Shown one piece after another: positions 24,539 to 38,560 of a DNA stretch of 64,000 bases. Within the stretch, counting starts at the first letter, position 1. Each line of letters opens with the position of its first letter. The position numbers were made by a program, and so were the translations under genes. Origin of the DNA: Octopus vulgaris (lineage: Eukaryota); assembly GCA_951406725.2 (NCBI GenBank), contig OX597831.1, forward strand, positions 47,740,001-47,804,000. The letters are read 5' to 3'. The notes beneath the pieces are model-generated. The model was given only the letters and a program-made list of their open reading frames with translations. It was not told the origin of the DNA and did not search any database.

Positions 24539-24540
<2 letters not shown>
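24279..24540. mobile_element. Penelope-like fragments: truncated hammerhead (+) and endonuclease C-terminal remnant (-)
   Basis: tgatga a ggctg..cagcc GAAA cg tt; minus LKWSIVTHAKPYTGCNKCDLCIAE resembles the WSI..AKPY..C.LC..E motif after GIY-YIG in PLE ORFs; abuts (TA)n. Confidence 0.6.
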
Positions 24541-24590
<50 letters not shown>

Positions 24591-25169
24591 ACTTTGTGAA
24601 CTTCTTAGTGCTGGTGCCACATAAAATACCCCCAGTACACTCTTTGTACATCCAGCTGTAGAAGCAATGCCAAAGTAGACATTGAAGTTCGGTGCAGTCA
24701 TCTCGACTGTCGGTTCCTAGCATGGAAAAAAAGGACGTTAAGCAATGATAATGATGATAACGTTTCGGTGACAGCCTTCAGCTTACACTGATGATGTTTT
24801 CTCGTGCATTAAACATGCATTAGAGGTGTATTATACTTGCAACAGCTGGCGAACAACAGCGAGTGTCGAATAAATAACTTTCGAGCAACTGAGAGTACTG
24901 AATATGTGTTCCATGCCTGTGTCATTTAATATGTGCGCGGAACCTCGGAAGCAGTAAATATTCAAGCGTGGTGTATACCGCTGGCTACTTTTCAGACCAA
25001 GAGTATTTTGATTAAATGAAAGTTTACTATGTTGTTAGGCGGACCATGTTCAGAATGCGTAGAAAGCACAGTCTGAGTGGAGAATATAACTGTGAAGAGA
25101 AATTAGGAATATAAGAATGAAAAAAAAAAGAAGAAATTTATAAGGGATTTTTGATTTGATTTGATCCAG

Positions 25170-25422
25170 TTTCAGCTTATCAGCTGTAGAAATGAGTTGC
25201 GACGCCAGGTGCCAAGCTGTATCGGTCCCTTTGCCTTTCCCTTGGATAACACTGGTGGCGTGGAGAGGTGAGGCCGGCATGCATGGGCGACTGCTGGTCT
25301 TCCATAAATAACCTTGTCCGGACTTGTGCCAGGGAGGGTAACTTCCTAGGTGCAATCCCATGGTCTTTAAAGGCGGTTCTCCAGCATGACCGCAGTCAAT
25401 TGACTGAAACAAGTAAAAGAGA
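25170..25422 (+). mobile_element. SINE E body fused to SINE A tail
   Basis: E body to CAATCCCATGGTC, then AAAGGCGGTTCTCCAGCATGACCGCAGTC..GACTGAAACAAGTAAAAGAG. Confidence 0.75.
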
Positions 25423-25563
25423 GTACAGTAACAGCACGTTTTGAAGCAGTTGTATGTGTGTATGTATATATGTATGTGTGCGTACGTGTCTTTCAGTGTG
25501 TATAAGTGTATGTAGATGTGTGTCCATATATGTGTTTGTATATTTATACGTATCTATGTATGT

Positions 25564-25950
25564 TTGTTTCCAGGGCTGCAATCTGGAAGAATTTTTTAGT
25601 CGAATGTACTGATCTCAGTACTTATGCTTTTTAAAGCCTGGTATTCTATTGGTATCTTTTGCCGAATCGCTAAGTTACGCGAACACTCTAGCACCGGTTG
25701 TCGCGCGGTGGGTGATGGCAATGGTGGAGAGACAAACGCAGACACAAAGACACTTCTCTCCACCACCTATATATATATACATATAAACAAGGGGCTTCGT
25801 TCAGTTTCCCCTACGAAATCCGCTCACATGGCTTTCGTCGGTCCAAGGCTTTAGTAGAAGGCACGTGCCCAAAGTGCAGCGCAATGGGACTGTACCTTGA
25901 ATTATATTGTTGAGAAGCAAGCTTCTTACCACACACCCACGCCTGCGCCT
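25564..25950 (-). mobile_element. SINE A (diverged)
   Basis: Head CCTGCGCCTA at 25942-25950; body similarity. Confidence 0.75.
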
Positions 25951-25952
25951 AT

Positions 25953-26224
25953 GCAGCTTGCTCGTGAAATTAACGTGCAAGTGGCTGAGCATTCCACAGA
26001 CACGTGTACTCTTAACGTAGTTCGCAAGGAGATTCAGCGTGACACAGAATTTGACTGAACTGACCTTTTGAAATGCAGGTACTATTCATTTTTGTCAGCT
26101 GAGTGGACTGGAGCAACGTGAAATAAAGTGTCTTACTGAAGGACATAACGCGTCGCCGGGAATCGAATTCACAACCTTATGATCATGAGCCGAATGCCCT
26201 AACCACTAAGCCACGCGCCCTCAC
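25953..26224 (-). mobile_element. SINE with B-type head and the tail seen on the D copy at 18040
   Basis: CCCTAACCACTAAGCCACGCGCC head; GCTCGTGAAATTAACGTG..CACAGACACGTGTAC tail. Confidence 0.75.
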
Positions 26225-26301
26225 TTATGTATGTATACACACGCATTCTCTTAATACACTTTCACGTAAAATAAAACTATAGAGAATGATACAAATACAA
26301 T

Positions 26302-26349
<48 letters not shown>

Positions 26350-26353
26350 TTAT

Positions 26354-26406
<53 letters not shown>

Positions 26407-26637
26407 GGGCGGCGAGCTGGCAGAAACGTTAGCACGCTGGGCGAAATGCGCAGCCGTATCTCGTCTGTCGTTACGTTCCGAGTTCAAATTCCGCAGAGGT
26501 TGACTTTGCCTTTCATCCTTTCGGGATCGATAAATAAAGTACCAGTTACGCACTGGGGTCGATGTAATCGACTTAATCCCTTTGTCTGTCCTTGTTTGTC
26601 CCCTCTATGTTTAGCCCCTTGTGGGTAGTAAAGAAAT
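26407..26637 (+). mobile_element. SINE family C (single unit) in (TA)n
   Basis: C head, core and tail. Confidence 0.88.
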
Positions 26638-27166
26638 ATATATATAGATATGTGTCCGTATGTTAGGCCCTTAGCAATATTTGTTCACTACAATATTTTG
26701 TTATGTGTTGCAAGTTAAACCTTTTTATTTCTGTCCACAAACAAGAGGGACAAAAGAAAGTGTTGATTACATTTGTCCATAATACAGCAATATTTCCAAC
26801 GTGCTATAAAGAAAAGCTTACCTTGCACCACATCGCAAAAAGCGCGCGCACACATACACACACACACACATACATACACACACACACGCACGAACACACG
26901 AACGCAAGCACACAAGCATGCACAATCAGATACACACACACAGACGCATGCACACTCACATACACACATACACACACTTACATTTATGCAAACATATGGT
27001 GTTCCTATAAAATAGAAATTATCTACTGAGCCAAAAAGCTGTAATTTCCTTGAATGTGTTCGTTGTAAGCACTGAAGATTACGATTTTGAAAAAGGAAAC
27101 GAAAGAAAAAGAAAGGAGGAAGCCATCATATGTGTATGATGGAGGAGAGGGTTTGCTACTCTTCTT

Positions 27167-27216
<50 letters not shown>

Positions 27217-27340
27217 AGAATCCTTCTAAAATATTTATAACATACACGCCTGAAGAAATTACAGCATTTGTAGCACAAGAAAATTTCTAATTGTGTTCCA
27301 TAGGAACGTAACGTGTGTGTGTGTATATATGTATATATAC

Positions 27341-27371
<31 letters not shown>

Positions 27372-27437
27372 TGTATGTATGTATGTATGTATGTATATGT
27401 ATATATATGCATATATGTATGTGTATACACACACACA

Positions 27438-27496
<59 letters not shown>

Positions 27497-27719
27497 GCAA
27501 TTCGGCAAAAGAAGCTGATACAATAAATACTGGAGTCGATTCGTTCGGCTAAAAATTTTTCAACGCGATGCTCCAGCATGACTACGGTCTAAGGACTGAA
27601 ACATGTAAAAGATAAAAGATATATTAAAATGTTGTCCATCAGTAAGGAAAAAAACACTCTAAAAAAATCTTGAGCCATTATATTTTATGTAATCGGACAG
27701 TGTCATCACCATCATTAAA

Positions 27720-29870
27720 CGTTCAAAATGTCACGATCTTTGATACTAATGGGTGACTGGAATGTCTTCCTGGACGCACGCTTAGATTGTGTTAGGCTAA
27801 CTGTTAGAAGAATGGGGTGAAAATGAATCGCAAACTTGTATGACAAGTACCATCTGGGTTTCCTGAATGTGCTGGTGTGGACATGGACGAACTGCATTAG
27901 GTCATCTAGGTCATATCCAAATCGAGTATTCTGTAGGTCAGTAGATAAGGATAGTATAAATGGTCCACTTTTCAAAATCGTCGGCTACACAGACCACAAA
28001 TTTGTCATCTACACGCCCGACCTAGATAGACTTCGTATTTAGAGAGCCGGTTTCCGGAAGCTGAACGCGTTACTCACGGCGTGCCAAGCTTACAGAAACC
28101 GGATTAGCATCTTAGTTTAGCGAGCACTGACGGGTTCAATCGTCAACAGCAAATTATCATTTTCCCTGAAAAGGGCAATTAGTGTAGAATCGATTAGGTT
28201 TAGTAAGGCATTAGCGAAAGGAAGAGAATAAAGGGAAACTTTGAAACTTAGAAGAGGCGCTTGTAAAAGGCTTTGCAACCAACATAATGGCGGTGACATT
28301 AGCTAGAGGCCAGTGTATCGTCAGGCACGTACAATTCTCTGTCAATTGGGAAATGCGATTGGTGGAAGTTCCACTCTGGTCTTCTAAAGAGGGTTAGTGG
28401 CTTGCAAGTGCAATGATGTTCTCGGGAAGACTCTGCGGCAAACTGGCAGAGTCGTTAGCACGCAGGGAAAATACTTAGCAACACTTCATTTGTCTTTACG
28501 TTCTGAGTTTAAATTCCGCTGAGGCTGACTTTGCTGTTCATCTTTTCGGGGTCGATAAAATAAGTACCAGTTACGTACTTGGGTTGATATAATCGACTAG
28601 CCCTCGCCACAAAATTTCAGGCCTTGTGCCTTTAGTAGGAAACTAGGCTCTTGGAGAGGCAAGTCGACTAGCAGCAATTTCTGTCGCTGGGCGGAGTGTC
28701 CAGTGAAAGTGCTCGGAAACTGGTTCGGACCAGATCTCCAGGTAGATATGACTAGGGTGACCAACCTCACCCAAAAATGGGAAGAAAGGCAGCTGTCTCT
28801 GAAAGGCTGGGCGGAAGTAGCGAATGCTTTGTACTTTGTCCTAAGAAAACTCTGACCAGATTGGAGCGCTTGCTTTTCCGATTCTTATCGAAGGGTCAGG
28901 TTCCGCTAGTAAGAAAATCTATCTGCTGTCAACACCCACACCGAGGTGATCTTGGGATGCCATCCTTAATGATGTGGCGCCACGTTTTGAGACTGTCGCA
29001 CTTACAGAAATATCTAAATCACTGCGGTGATGTGGACGACGATGACGACAACAACGAAAATAAGGGTGAACTGGTGTGGGCGTCTTTCGTGCGACACGTC
29101 TGTCCGCAGCTCATCTCATTGACAGAGCTGCAGTCATGAGTCAAACGTAGACCAATGTTGGGCATTTGGCATCTAGAATGTTGCCAGGTGCTCACTGCAT
29201 TGTACCAGCTGCCTAAAACCGTTAGCAGGAAAACAACTCAACATTTCTGTTGTGTCTGGGGAGAGTCACAAATTTTAGGAAAATAAAAATAAGAAATAAG
29301 TGGAAATTTTACCGGTGAGTGTGTTAAATTATAAGATACGAAAAGAAAATGACTCTACCCAGACACAACAGAATATGCTTCAACACACGAACTCATATAA
29401 AGAATCTTGCAAACCAAATCCCAAAACGAAATAAACTCAAGATTTTTATAGGGGATTAGGTTGAGGGTGTGAGTGATGATGGCCTGGGATTGAATCGACG
29501 AGAACAGTCTCAGTAATCTCTTCCAGAGAAACTTCGGATCGAATATCATGGACATCTTTCAAAGATCTTTGGCTTGGCATTGCTACAGAGGGGCATTGTC
29601 TGTTCGAGACAAGCTCTTCAGGCATGGAAATGCCAACAGCCGAACCTGCCCTAGATGCTTGCAGGGGGACAAAACCGTCCTCCATGCAATTATTCAATGT
29701 CCGTGCATTAGAGAGCCGTCTGCTGAGTGTATAGTGAAGGTCGACGCACCACCTTCCCTTCGCAGAGAAGGAAGGCAGATCTTTCTCTGCTTAGTGGCTG
29801 TGGCAAAAGAGGATGTGTGTACCTGTCTGAAAGGTTTGATGAAAGGCACATACCTATCGGGCCAAAAAAA
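27720..29870 (+). mobile_element. L1/Tx1-clade LINE ORF2 remnant, heavily deleted, with nested insertions
   Basis: LILMGDWN, WTWTN..SRSY..RVF, YTDHK (APE endonuclease); LERLLFRFL..GDLGMP; CPRCLQGDKTVLHAIIQC; SINE C at ~28436-28640 and hairpin at 29245 inside. Confidence 0.85.
29245..29415. mobile_element. Fold-back repeat, same family as 63000-63190
   Basis: TTCTGTTGTGTCTGGG.AGAGTCA / TGACTCT.CCCAGACACAACAGAA arms plus ACACGAACTCA..AAGAATCTTGCAA extension. Confidence 0.7.
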
Positions 29871-29872
29871 GA

Positions 29873-29873
29873 T

Positions 29874-29927
<54 letters not shown>

Positions 29928-29965
29928 GTCATCATTATCTTCATCATCATTATTATTATTATTAT
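29873..29965. repeat. (ATC)n/(ATT)n microsatellite
   Basis: Visible directly. Confidence 0.95.
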
Positions 29966-30975
29966 GGTTGTTGTGGCGAGCTGGCAGAGTCATTAGCACG
30001 CTGGACAAAATACTTAGTGGTATGTTCCTGTGAGGTTGACTTTTACTGTAAGGTCGATTTTACCTTTCATCCTTTGTGTGTGTGGGGGCGCGATAAATTA
30101 ATTACCAATGTAAACATCGGTAATTAATCGGCTTATCCCCTCTCCCAAAATGGCTGCCCATGTAGCAAAATTTGAGACCATTATTATTATTATTATTATT
30201 ATTATTGTTGTTTTCAGATTATCTTGTCTTTATTGCTATGCTTTTATAGCTTAGTGAGAAGATGTAGGATTGCTTCTTATACCATACTGAAAATGACAAC
30301 TCAAAAATTGACAACTGATTAAAGATACTAAAATGACATCTTGAATTGAGGATTTTTAGTAGAAAGAACGCGTAGTGGAGGAGTCAACGAAGCTGTCTTT
30401 ATGACTAGTAATAGTTTTAGTCATAATGAATATTATGATAACTTCAAGATCAATTTTGATGTTTGTAATTGTGGTGGTGATGGTACCGCAGCTGTAGATG
30501 CTACTATTGTTGTTGATGATAAAACAGTGTGAGGCATTTTCACATGTCACCTATATGAACATTTCCACATTTTATTTTTCTCTATTTACAAGTAGAGTTT
30601 TAAGCGTTTATTTAACATTCTGTCATATATTCTCCTCCTTAGTTTTGTCATACTAATATTTCGTTTTTATCATCCTACTGTTGATGATAACTATAATCAA
30701 ATCTTTGTACACAACTGCGGCAAACATAACCAAATAGAATTTTCACAATTTTAGCTGGTTTGTATGGCCTCTCTCATCTATGTGTGCTATCTCTCGTTCT
30801 GAACTGTGACACACAAACAGACTTACTCTTCCAATACTATGCATTATAAAGGCTTCTGAAAAAAATGTTATTCACTTTCAAATTTGAAATACAATGAGAG
30901 AATGAGATGGAGAGAGAAGAAGAAAAAAAAAGAAACGAACAAACATATTAACCCTTAATATTACAGAAGGGAAAA

Positions 30976-31595
30976 GGTGGTGAGCTGGCAGAATCATTAA
31001 CGCGCTGGACGAAATGCTTAGCAGTATTTTGCCCGTCGCTACATTCTGAGTTCAAATTTTGCCGAGGTCGACTTTGCCTTTCATCCTTTTGAGGTCGATA
31101 TAATCCTACAAATCTGAGGCCTTGTGCCTTCAGTAGAAAGGATTATTACAGAAAGCTAAGGCAGTGAGCTGGCAGAATCGTTAGTACGCCGGACGAAATG
31201 CTTAGCGGTATTTCGTCAGCTGTTACGTTCTGAGTTCAAATTCCGCCGAGGTCGACTTTGCCTTTCCATCCTTTCGGGGTCGATAAATTAAGTACCAGTT
31301 ACGCACTGGGGTCGATGTAATCGACTTAATTCCTTTGTCTGTCCTTGTTTGTTCCCTCTATGTTTAACCCCTTGTGGGCAATAAAGAAATAAGAATCGTT
31401 AGCATGCCAGTGAAAAAGTTTAGCGGCATTTCATCCGAACTTATGTTCTGAGTTCAAATTCCGCCTACGTCGACTTTGCTTATCATCCTTTCAGGGATTC
31501 TATAAAATAAGCATCATTTGAGCACTCGGGTCAATGTAATCAACTAACCCCTTCCCCTTAAAAATCAGGTCTTGTGCCTATAATCGAGAAGATTA
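30976..31595 (+). mobile_element. Adjacent SINE C copies
   Basis: Heads at ~30976 and ~31159; further core at ~31440. Confidence 0.82.
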
Positions 31596-31887
31596 TAACT
31601 GAAGGATGGTAGTTTGGAAAATTGATTGAGAGTGTGACAAAATGCCTTGCAGTATTTAAATATACCACATGGCACTGAGAGTTCAAATTTGATTGAGGTC
31701 AATTCTGTCTTTCATCCATCTGTAATCAACACAATATATTAGCAGTCGATTAATAAAGGGGTCAATTAAATGGTTTAATTAGCTCTTTCTTTCTCCAAAA
31801 TTCGTGAACTTGTGTCTATATTAGAAACAAATGTTAGAAAAGAATAAGTGAATAGATAAAATTCTTTGCAATATTTAGATATGACCA

Positions 31888-32454
31888 GGGCGGCGAGCTG
31901 GCAGAATCGTTAGCACGCCGGGCGAAATGCTTACTGGTATTTCGTCTGCCGTTACGTTGTGAGTTCAAATTCCGCCGAGGTCGACTTTATCCTTTCGGGA
32001 TCGATAAATTAAGTACCAGTTACGCACTGAGGATCGATGTAATCGATTTAATACCTAGTCTGTCTTTGTTTGTCCTCTCTGTGTTTGGCCCCTTGTGGGT
32101 AATAAAGAAATAGGTATTTCGTCTGCCACTACGTTCTGAGTTCAAATTCCGCCTACGTCGACATTGCCTTTCGGGGACGATTAAATAAGTACCAGTTACG
32201 CATTGGGGTCGATGTAATCGACTTAATCCGTTCGTCTGTCCTTTTTTGTCCCCTATGTGTTTAGCCCCTTGTGAGTAGTAAAGAAATAGGTAATTCGTCT
32301 GACTTTACGTTCTTAGTTCAAATTCTCCCGGGGTCGACTTTGCCTTTCATCCTTTCGGAGTTCATAAATTAAGTACCAGTTGCGTACTGGTGTCGATCTA
32401 ATCGGCTGGCCCCCTACCCCAAAAATTTTGTGCCTTGTGGCTAGAGTAGAAGAG
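31888..32454 (+). mobile_element. SINE family C with three body units and TSD
   Basis: Three cores; flanks AATATTTAGATATGACC / AATATGTAGATATGACC. Confidence 0.9.
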
Positions 32455-32589
32455 AATATGTAGATATGACCCTTTGCATTCCTAATTCAAATCATGTCAT
32501 GGTGGATGTTTTTATTTTTTTTCCGTTTTTTTTTTAGTTGATTAGTACAAATCAAATATTAGGATTGATATAATTAACTGTATACATGC

Positions 32590-33205
<616 letters not shown>

Positions 33206-33547
33206 TTTAGAGTCTATCCATTTAAGAACTCTCCTGTTATTAAACGATGTATAAGGGTATGAGGCTTCTGTAATTTCTTGTTGAACAACCACAGAGATGG
33301 CTTGTTGATAGCGATCAAATGTTTGTGTTCATATAAGCTCACTCCCTTCATTAAATCGACAATACCTCTATAGGTGCACAGCATACCACATGTCAAATGA
33401 TGAAATGATTACAGAGCAACATGAAATGGAGTGCTTTGCTCAAGAACGCAATACAATACCTAGTTTGAGAACCAAAACCATGACCTTATACCCTTCATGA
33501 TATACATACATATGTATATAGATATGTATATATATATATATATATAT

Positions 33548-33770
33548 AAATACAGTGTACATTTAAACACATTAAGAGGTATCCATCATAGGACTCCCTT
33601 ACGCTAGAAGGAACAGCTAAAGTCCAAACCACTAATTAGGGATAAATTCTCAAAGGGAATGAATGAATAATTAATTCTCTAATTAATGGTTTGGACTTAA
33701 GCTGTTACTCCTAGCATAAGGGAGTCCTGTGATGGATACTTGTTAACGTGTTTAAATGTACACTGTATTT
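33548..33770. repeat. ~100-bp-arm inverted repeat between TA-rich tracts
   Basis: AAATACAGTGTACATTTAAACAC ... GTGTTTAAATGTACACTGTATTT. Confidence 0.85.
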
Positions 33771-33869
33771 TATATAAATAATATATAGTCTATTGACTAA
33801 TTTTTCTATACACTAGGCCACTGGTAATAAACATTTCTAAAATCTTTATTACCCTGATATTATTAATTT

Positions 33870-33932
33870 TATGTATATATATATATTTATATATACATGT
33901 ATATATATATACATATATACATACATATATGT

Positions 33933-33995
<63 letters not shown>

Positions 33996-34168
33996 TATAT
34001 GTGTGTTTATATATGTATGTATATATATACGTATATACATATATATATATACATATATATATGAGTATATATATATATGTATATATATACATATATGTAT
34101 ATATATATATATATATATACATCTATATATATATTTATACATAGATACATATACACACATATACATGC

Positions 34169-34216
<48 letters not shown>

Positions 34217-34265
34217 TACATGCACACACATACACACACACACTCTCTCTCTCTCACACACACAC
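33870..34265. repeat. TA-rich microsatellite
   Basis: Visible directly. Confidence 0.95.
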
Positions 34266-34574
34266 AAAATACAGAAGTGAAATCAATGTGTTTAAAATCC
34301 CAGATAATTAATATTAAGTGAAGCTATAATAATATAAAATTCAATTTAAAAATTATTCTTGTTCCAAGCAAAAGTGATAATGAAGCCTACATTACTATCA
34401 TCAAACATGACGTTTAATTCATTTAGATTTGAAATTTATTTCCTTTTGAACATTTACCTCCATAGACATTATATTTTAGTGTTAAAGCCTTTGTGCTGAT
34501 GTCTTTTGATATGAAATGGATCATGCTTTAGATTCCTACCAAAAATAAACAAATACCATAACAGCTTTCAGTTA

Positions 34575-35079
34575 CCGTAAATTCTCAAGTATAATCTGCA
34601 TTTTTTCCCAAAATTTAAAGGTCAAAATCCCTAGTGTGTACAATATACAAGGTTAAAAATGATAACTATTTTCTAAGCCATGTCCGAGTCTCTATTTGCT
34701 GCCCAGTAATGTTTATTTAGACGCAACTTGTGATGTCGGGCACGAAAATACCTTAAGCTAAGCCTGAAAGCAATGAAGTCTTAAAAGAAACATCCATAAC
34801 TTGCAGTAAGCAACATTTTTTAAAAATAAAAGTATTCAGAACACAGAATAACATGTAGCAAAAACAATTTGCAAACATATTTACATTCCCATATAACAGT
34901 TAAGAACATCACCATTATTGTATTACGCACGCGCGGAAGTGCTTGTACAACTAGGTCCTGCTGGCTTAATTACTCACGACTCAAGTTACATACAAGGTTT
35001 AGGTTTTTCAGAAGTGCAGCCCCCTAAAAATTCCCTTGCGTATTAAACTCAAGGGCGGACTATACTCGAGGATTTACGG
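34575..35079. mobile_element. Tc1/mariner-superfamily (pogo/Tc2-like) non-autonomous element
   Basis: TA|CCGTAAATTCTCAAGTATAATCTGC ... GCGGACTATACTCGAGGATTTACGG|TA. Confidence 0.75.
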
Positions 35080-35419
35080 TATTTACTGCTTAGGACCTGT
35101 GAATTCTGCTTTAAGAGCACGGATGACAGTTTAGGAAATTTATGGTTGTTGTTTAGCTTCAGATAAGCCCTTGTTGAGCAGATTTATGATTAATGACATT
35201 CCAATTTTGGCAATCTCCATAGGAATGTCTGTGTGGTAAGAAACTTGCTTCCCTACCATATGCTTCTGGGTTCACTCCCACTGCGTGGCACTTTGGGCAG
35301 GTCAACCAAAACCTTGTGTGTTGATGTGGTAGATGGAAATTGGAAGAAGCTCCTCATATATATGTGTATATATATTTGTGTGTGTATGTGTGTATATATG
35401 TATATTCTTTTTTTCTTTT

Positions 35420-35814
35420 ATTTTATTTGTTTCAGTTATTTGACTGCGACCATGCTGGAGCACCACCTTTAGTCGAGCAAGTCAACCCCAGCACTTATTC
35501 TTTGTAAGCCTAGTACTTATTCTATCGGTCTCTCTTGCCAAAATGCTAAGTGACAGGGACGTAAATCCACCAGCATCGGTTGTCAAGTGATGTTGGAGGG
35601 ACAAACACAGACACACACATACACACACACACACACTTATATATATTTACGACGGGCTTTTTTCAGTTTCCATCTACCAAATCCACTCACAAGGCTTTGG
35701 TTGGCCTGAGGCTATAGTAGAAGACATTTGCCCAAGGTGCTACGCAGTGGGACTGAACACAGAACCATGTGGTTGGTAAGCAAGCTACTTACCACACAGC
35801 CACTCCTGTGCCTA
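35420..35814 (-). mobile_element. SINE A, flanked by diverged A heads (35220-35400 and 35830-35980)
   Basis: Full-length match. Confidence 0.88.
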
Positions 35815-36089
35815 TATATATATACGTACGCGGGCATGGCTGTGTGGTTAGGGAGCTTGCTTTCTAGCTATATGGTTTCGGGTTCAGTCCCACTGATTGG
35901 CACTTCGGGTAGGTGTCTTCCACTATAGCCCCGAGCTGACCGGAGCTTTGTGATTGAATTCGGTAGGTGGAAGTTACTGCCGTGTGTGTACATGTACGTG
36001 TAGGTGCTTGTGCCTCTCCCAAAGAGAGAGAGGGAAAAGTTCAATGATGGTAAGAGGGACAAAAAAGTACTCCATCTAGTGAGAAATAA

Positions 36090-36261
36090 GTATCATTTAA
36101 TTGACACAGTACACGTTATTATGTGCTACTGATAGTTTCATAATTTGAGAAATACCTCAAGCATATTCATGTGGTTTGTGTCTGATGAATATGTTTCAGG
36201 TATTTCTCAAAATATGAAACTATTAGTCGCACATAAAAACATGTATTGTGTCAATTAAATA

Positions 36262-36265
<4 letters not shown>
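36090..36265. repeat. Inverted repeat carrying a hammerhead (Penelope pLTR-like)
   Basis: ~80-bp arms GTATCATTTAATTGACACA / TGTGTCAATTAAATAATAC; abuts (CA)n. Confidence 0.82.
36177..36233 (+). ncRNA. Minimal type I hammerhead ribozyme motif
   Basis: tgtgt CTGATGA atat..atat GAAA cta t tag TC gcaca. Confidence 0.75.
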
Positions 36266-36292
<27 letters not shown>

Positions 36293-38094
36293 TATGTATG
36301 TATATATCATTATGTGTGTGTTCTTGAGTCTCTGTTTGTCCCTGCCTACCTCTGCTTGACAAATGGTGTTGGTGTGCTTATGCCTCCATAACTTAGCAGT
36401 TCAGCAAAAGACATCAATAGAATTAGTACTAGGCTTTAGAAAATTATTCCAAGGGTCAATTTGTTCAACTGAAAATCCTTCAAGGTGGTGCCCCAGCATG
36501 GCCACGGCCAAATCACTGAAACAATTAAAAGATAAAAGACACAATGTATCCTTTCCTTTTTCTGTTTTCCTCATTAAACAATAGACTCCGATTTGAGAGA
36601 GAGAAAGAAGATTTGGCTGCTATTTCTAATAAGTAGCAACTCCCACATTTGTTCCCTAAGGTATTAGTTATAGTCTGCTGTATTTCTGTTCTCAACTCCC
36701 AGATCTGTTTTATTTTTTAAAAATTTATTATTATAATTAGAGTAAATTGGTTGAATAAAATAATCAATATCTTACATATTGCATGATAATGCTAAAAAAA
36801 TTGCAATTAAGATTTTAATTATTTTTTAATTAACTTATTCTTAAAGAATATTATCATTACATCAGTACGAAATTGTAAAGCATTCAACTTATCTTTGTTG
36901 ATTCTGTTACATAATGGTACACATGTAGCTGTGTGGGAAGAGGGTTGCTTCTAAACCATATGGTCTGGGGTTCAATCCAACAAGATGGCACCTGAGTTTA
37001 CGAAAGCCTTGTGAGTGGAATTGGTTGACAGTAACTAAAAGAAGCCCATTATAAATGTATGTATATATGCATACATGTGCATGTGTGTGTGTGGGCGTGT
37101 GTGTGTGTGTTTGTGTATGTGAGTGTGTGTGTTTGTGTGTGTGTGTGTGTGTGGACGCAATTGTCTTAAGGTTGTGTAGTTGTTGTAAATAAGCAACAGC
37201 ATACAAGTGATGTCATTCATTTCCTGCCATCCAAGAAGAAAAATATGTCTGGATATGGGAAAATATCACCCTGCTTGGAAACAGGTAATAGTTGGTGACA
37301 GGAAGGGCATGCAATGTGGAAATCTGCCTTAAAAAATTCCGTCTAAACCATGAATGCATGGAAAAGTGGATGCTAAGTGAACTGATAACGATATTTATTC
37401 TTCCTGCGAATGTGACCCCCAACCTCTAGGGCCATAGAACTAAGAAACGGTGTTTGTTGTTCACTGCAGCTTCAAATGAGAATTCAACTTACTGGAAGAA
37501 CCCACATTTCACAGGAAGACTAAATGTGTTCAGATTACACCTTTGTTTGCTTAACATCTGGGTTTTTTTTTATGTTGGGATGGGTTAGAGGGAACCTTTT
37601 TTGTGGCAGTATTTTATAGCAGGATGCTCATCCTGTCAGCAAGCTTTGTCTGTGTTTTTTTTTTCAAGTAAAGCATTTAAAACTATTTATTCTACTGGTT
37701 TTTGAAATCACAGGGACCAGTTTTAAGGTCAACAAAAAATTCAAACAGCGTATTACCATTTTACTTAGACAGTAATAAGTGAAGCCACACAATGCCAACA
37801 TCTACACACACACACACACACACACTCACACACACACACACAGCTCTCTCTCTCTCTCTCACACACACACACAAACTGAAACTCTGTCGATTGTGATGAC
37901 GAGGATTCTAGTTGATCCCATGAATGGAACAGCCTGCTCAAGAAATTAATGTACAAGTGGGTGAGCACTTCAAAGACATGCGTGCCATTAAGTAAAGCAT
38001 TTAAAACTATTTATTCTACTGGTTTTTGAAATCACAGGGACCAGTTTTAAGGTCAACAAAAAATTCAAACACGATTCATATTTGCCAGTTAAGT

Positions 38095-38404
38095 GAACAC
38101 TCAAACACACACAGACAAATGCACACTGACAACACACAGATACACTCACACAAAAACACACACACACAGACACACAAACAGACACACTCACACACATGCA
38201 CTCACACACACACACACAGAGGCACACATACAAACACACACTCACACAGACACACACACACACATGCACACACACACACACACACAAACATACACACTTA
38301 CACACAAACACACTCACGCACACATACACACACACACACACACAGACACACACACACATGCTCATGCACACGCAGACACACACAAGAACACACATGCACA
38401 CGCA

Positions 38405-38461
<57 letters not shown>

Positions 38462-38560
38462 CACACACACACACACACACACACAACACACAAGCATACA
38501 CATACACAAGCACACACACACTCACACAATCACACACACATTCACACAAACACACACATA
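38095..38560. repeat. Degenerate (CA)n tract
   Basis: Visible directly. Confidence 0.95.
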
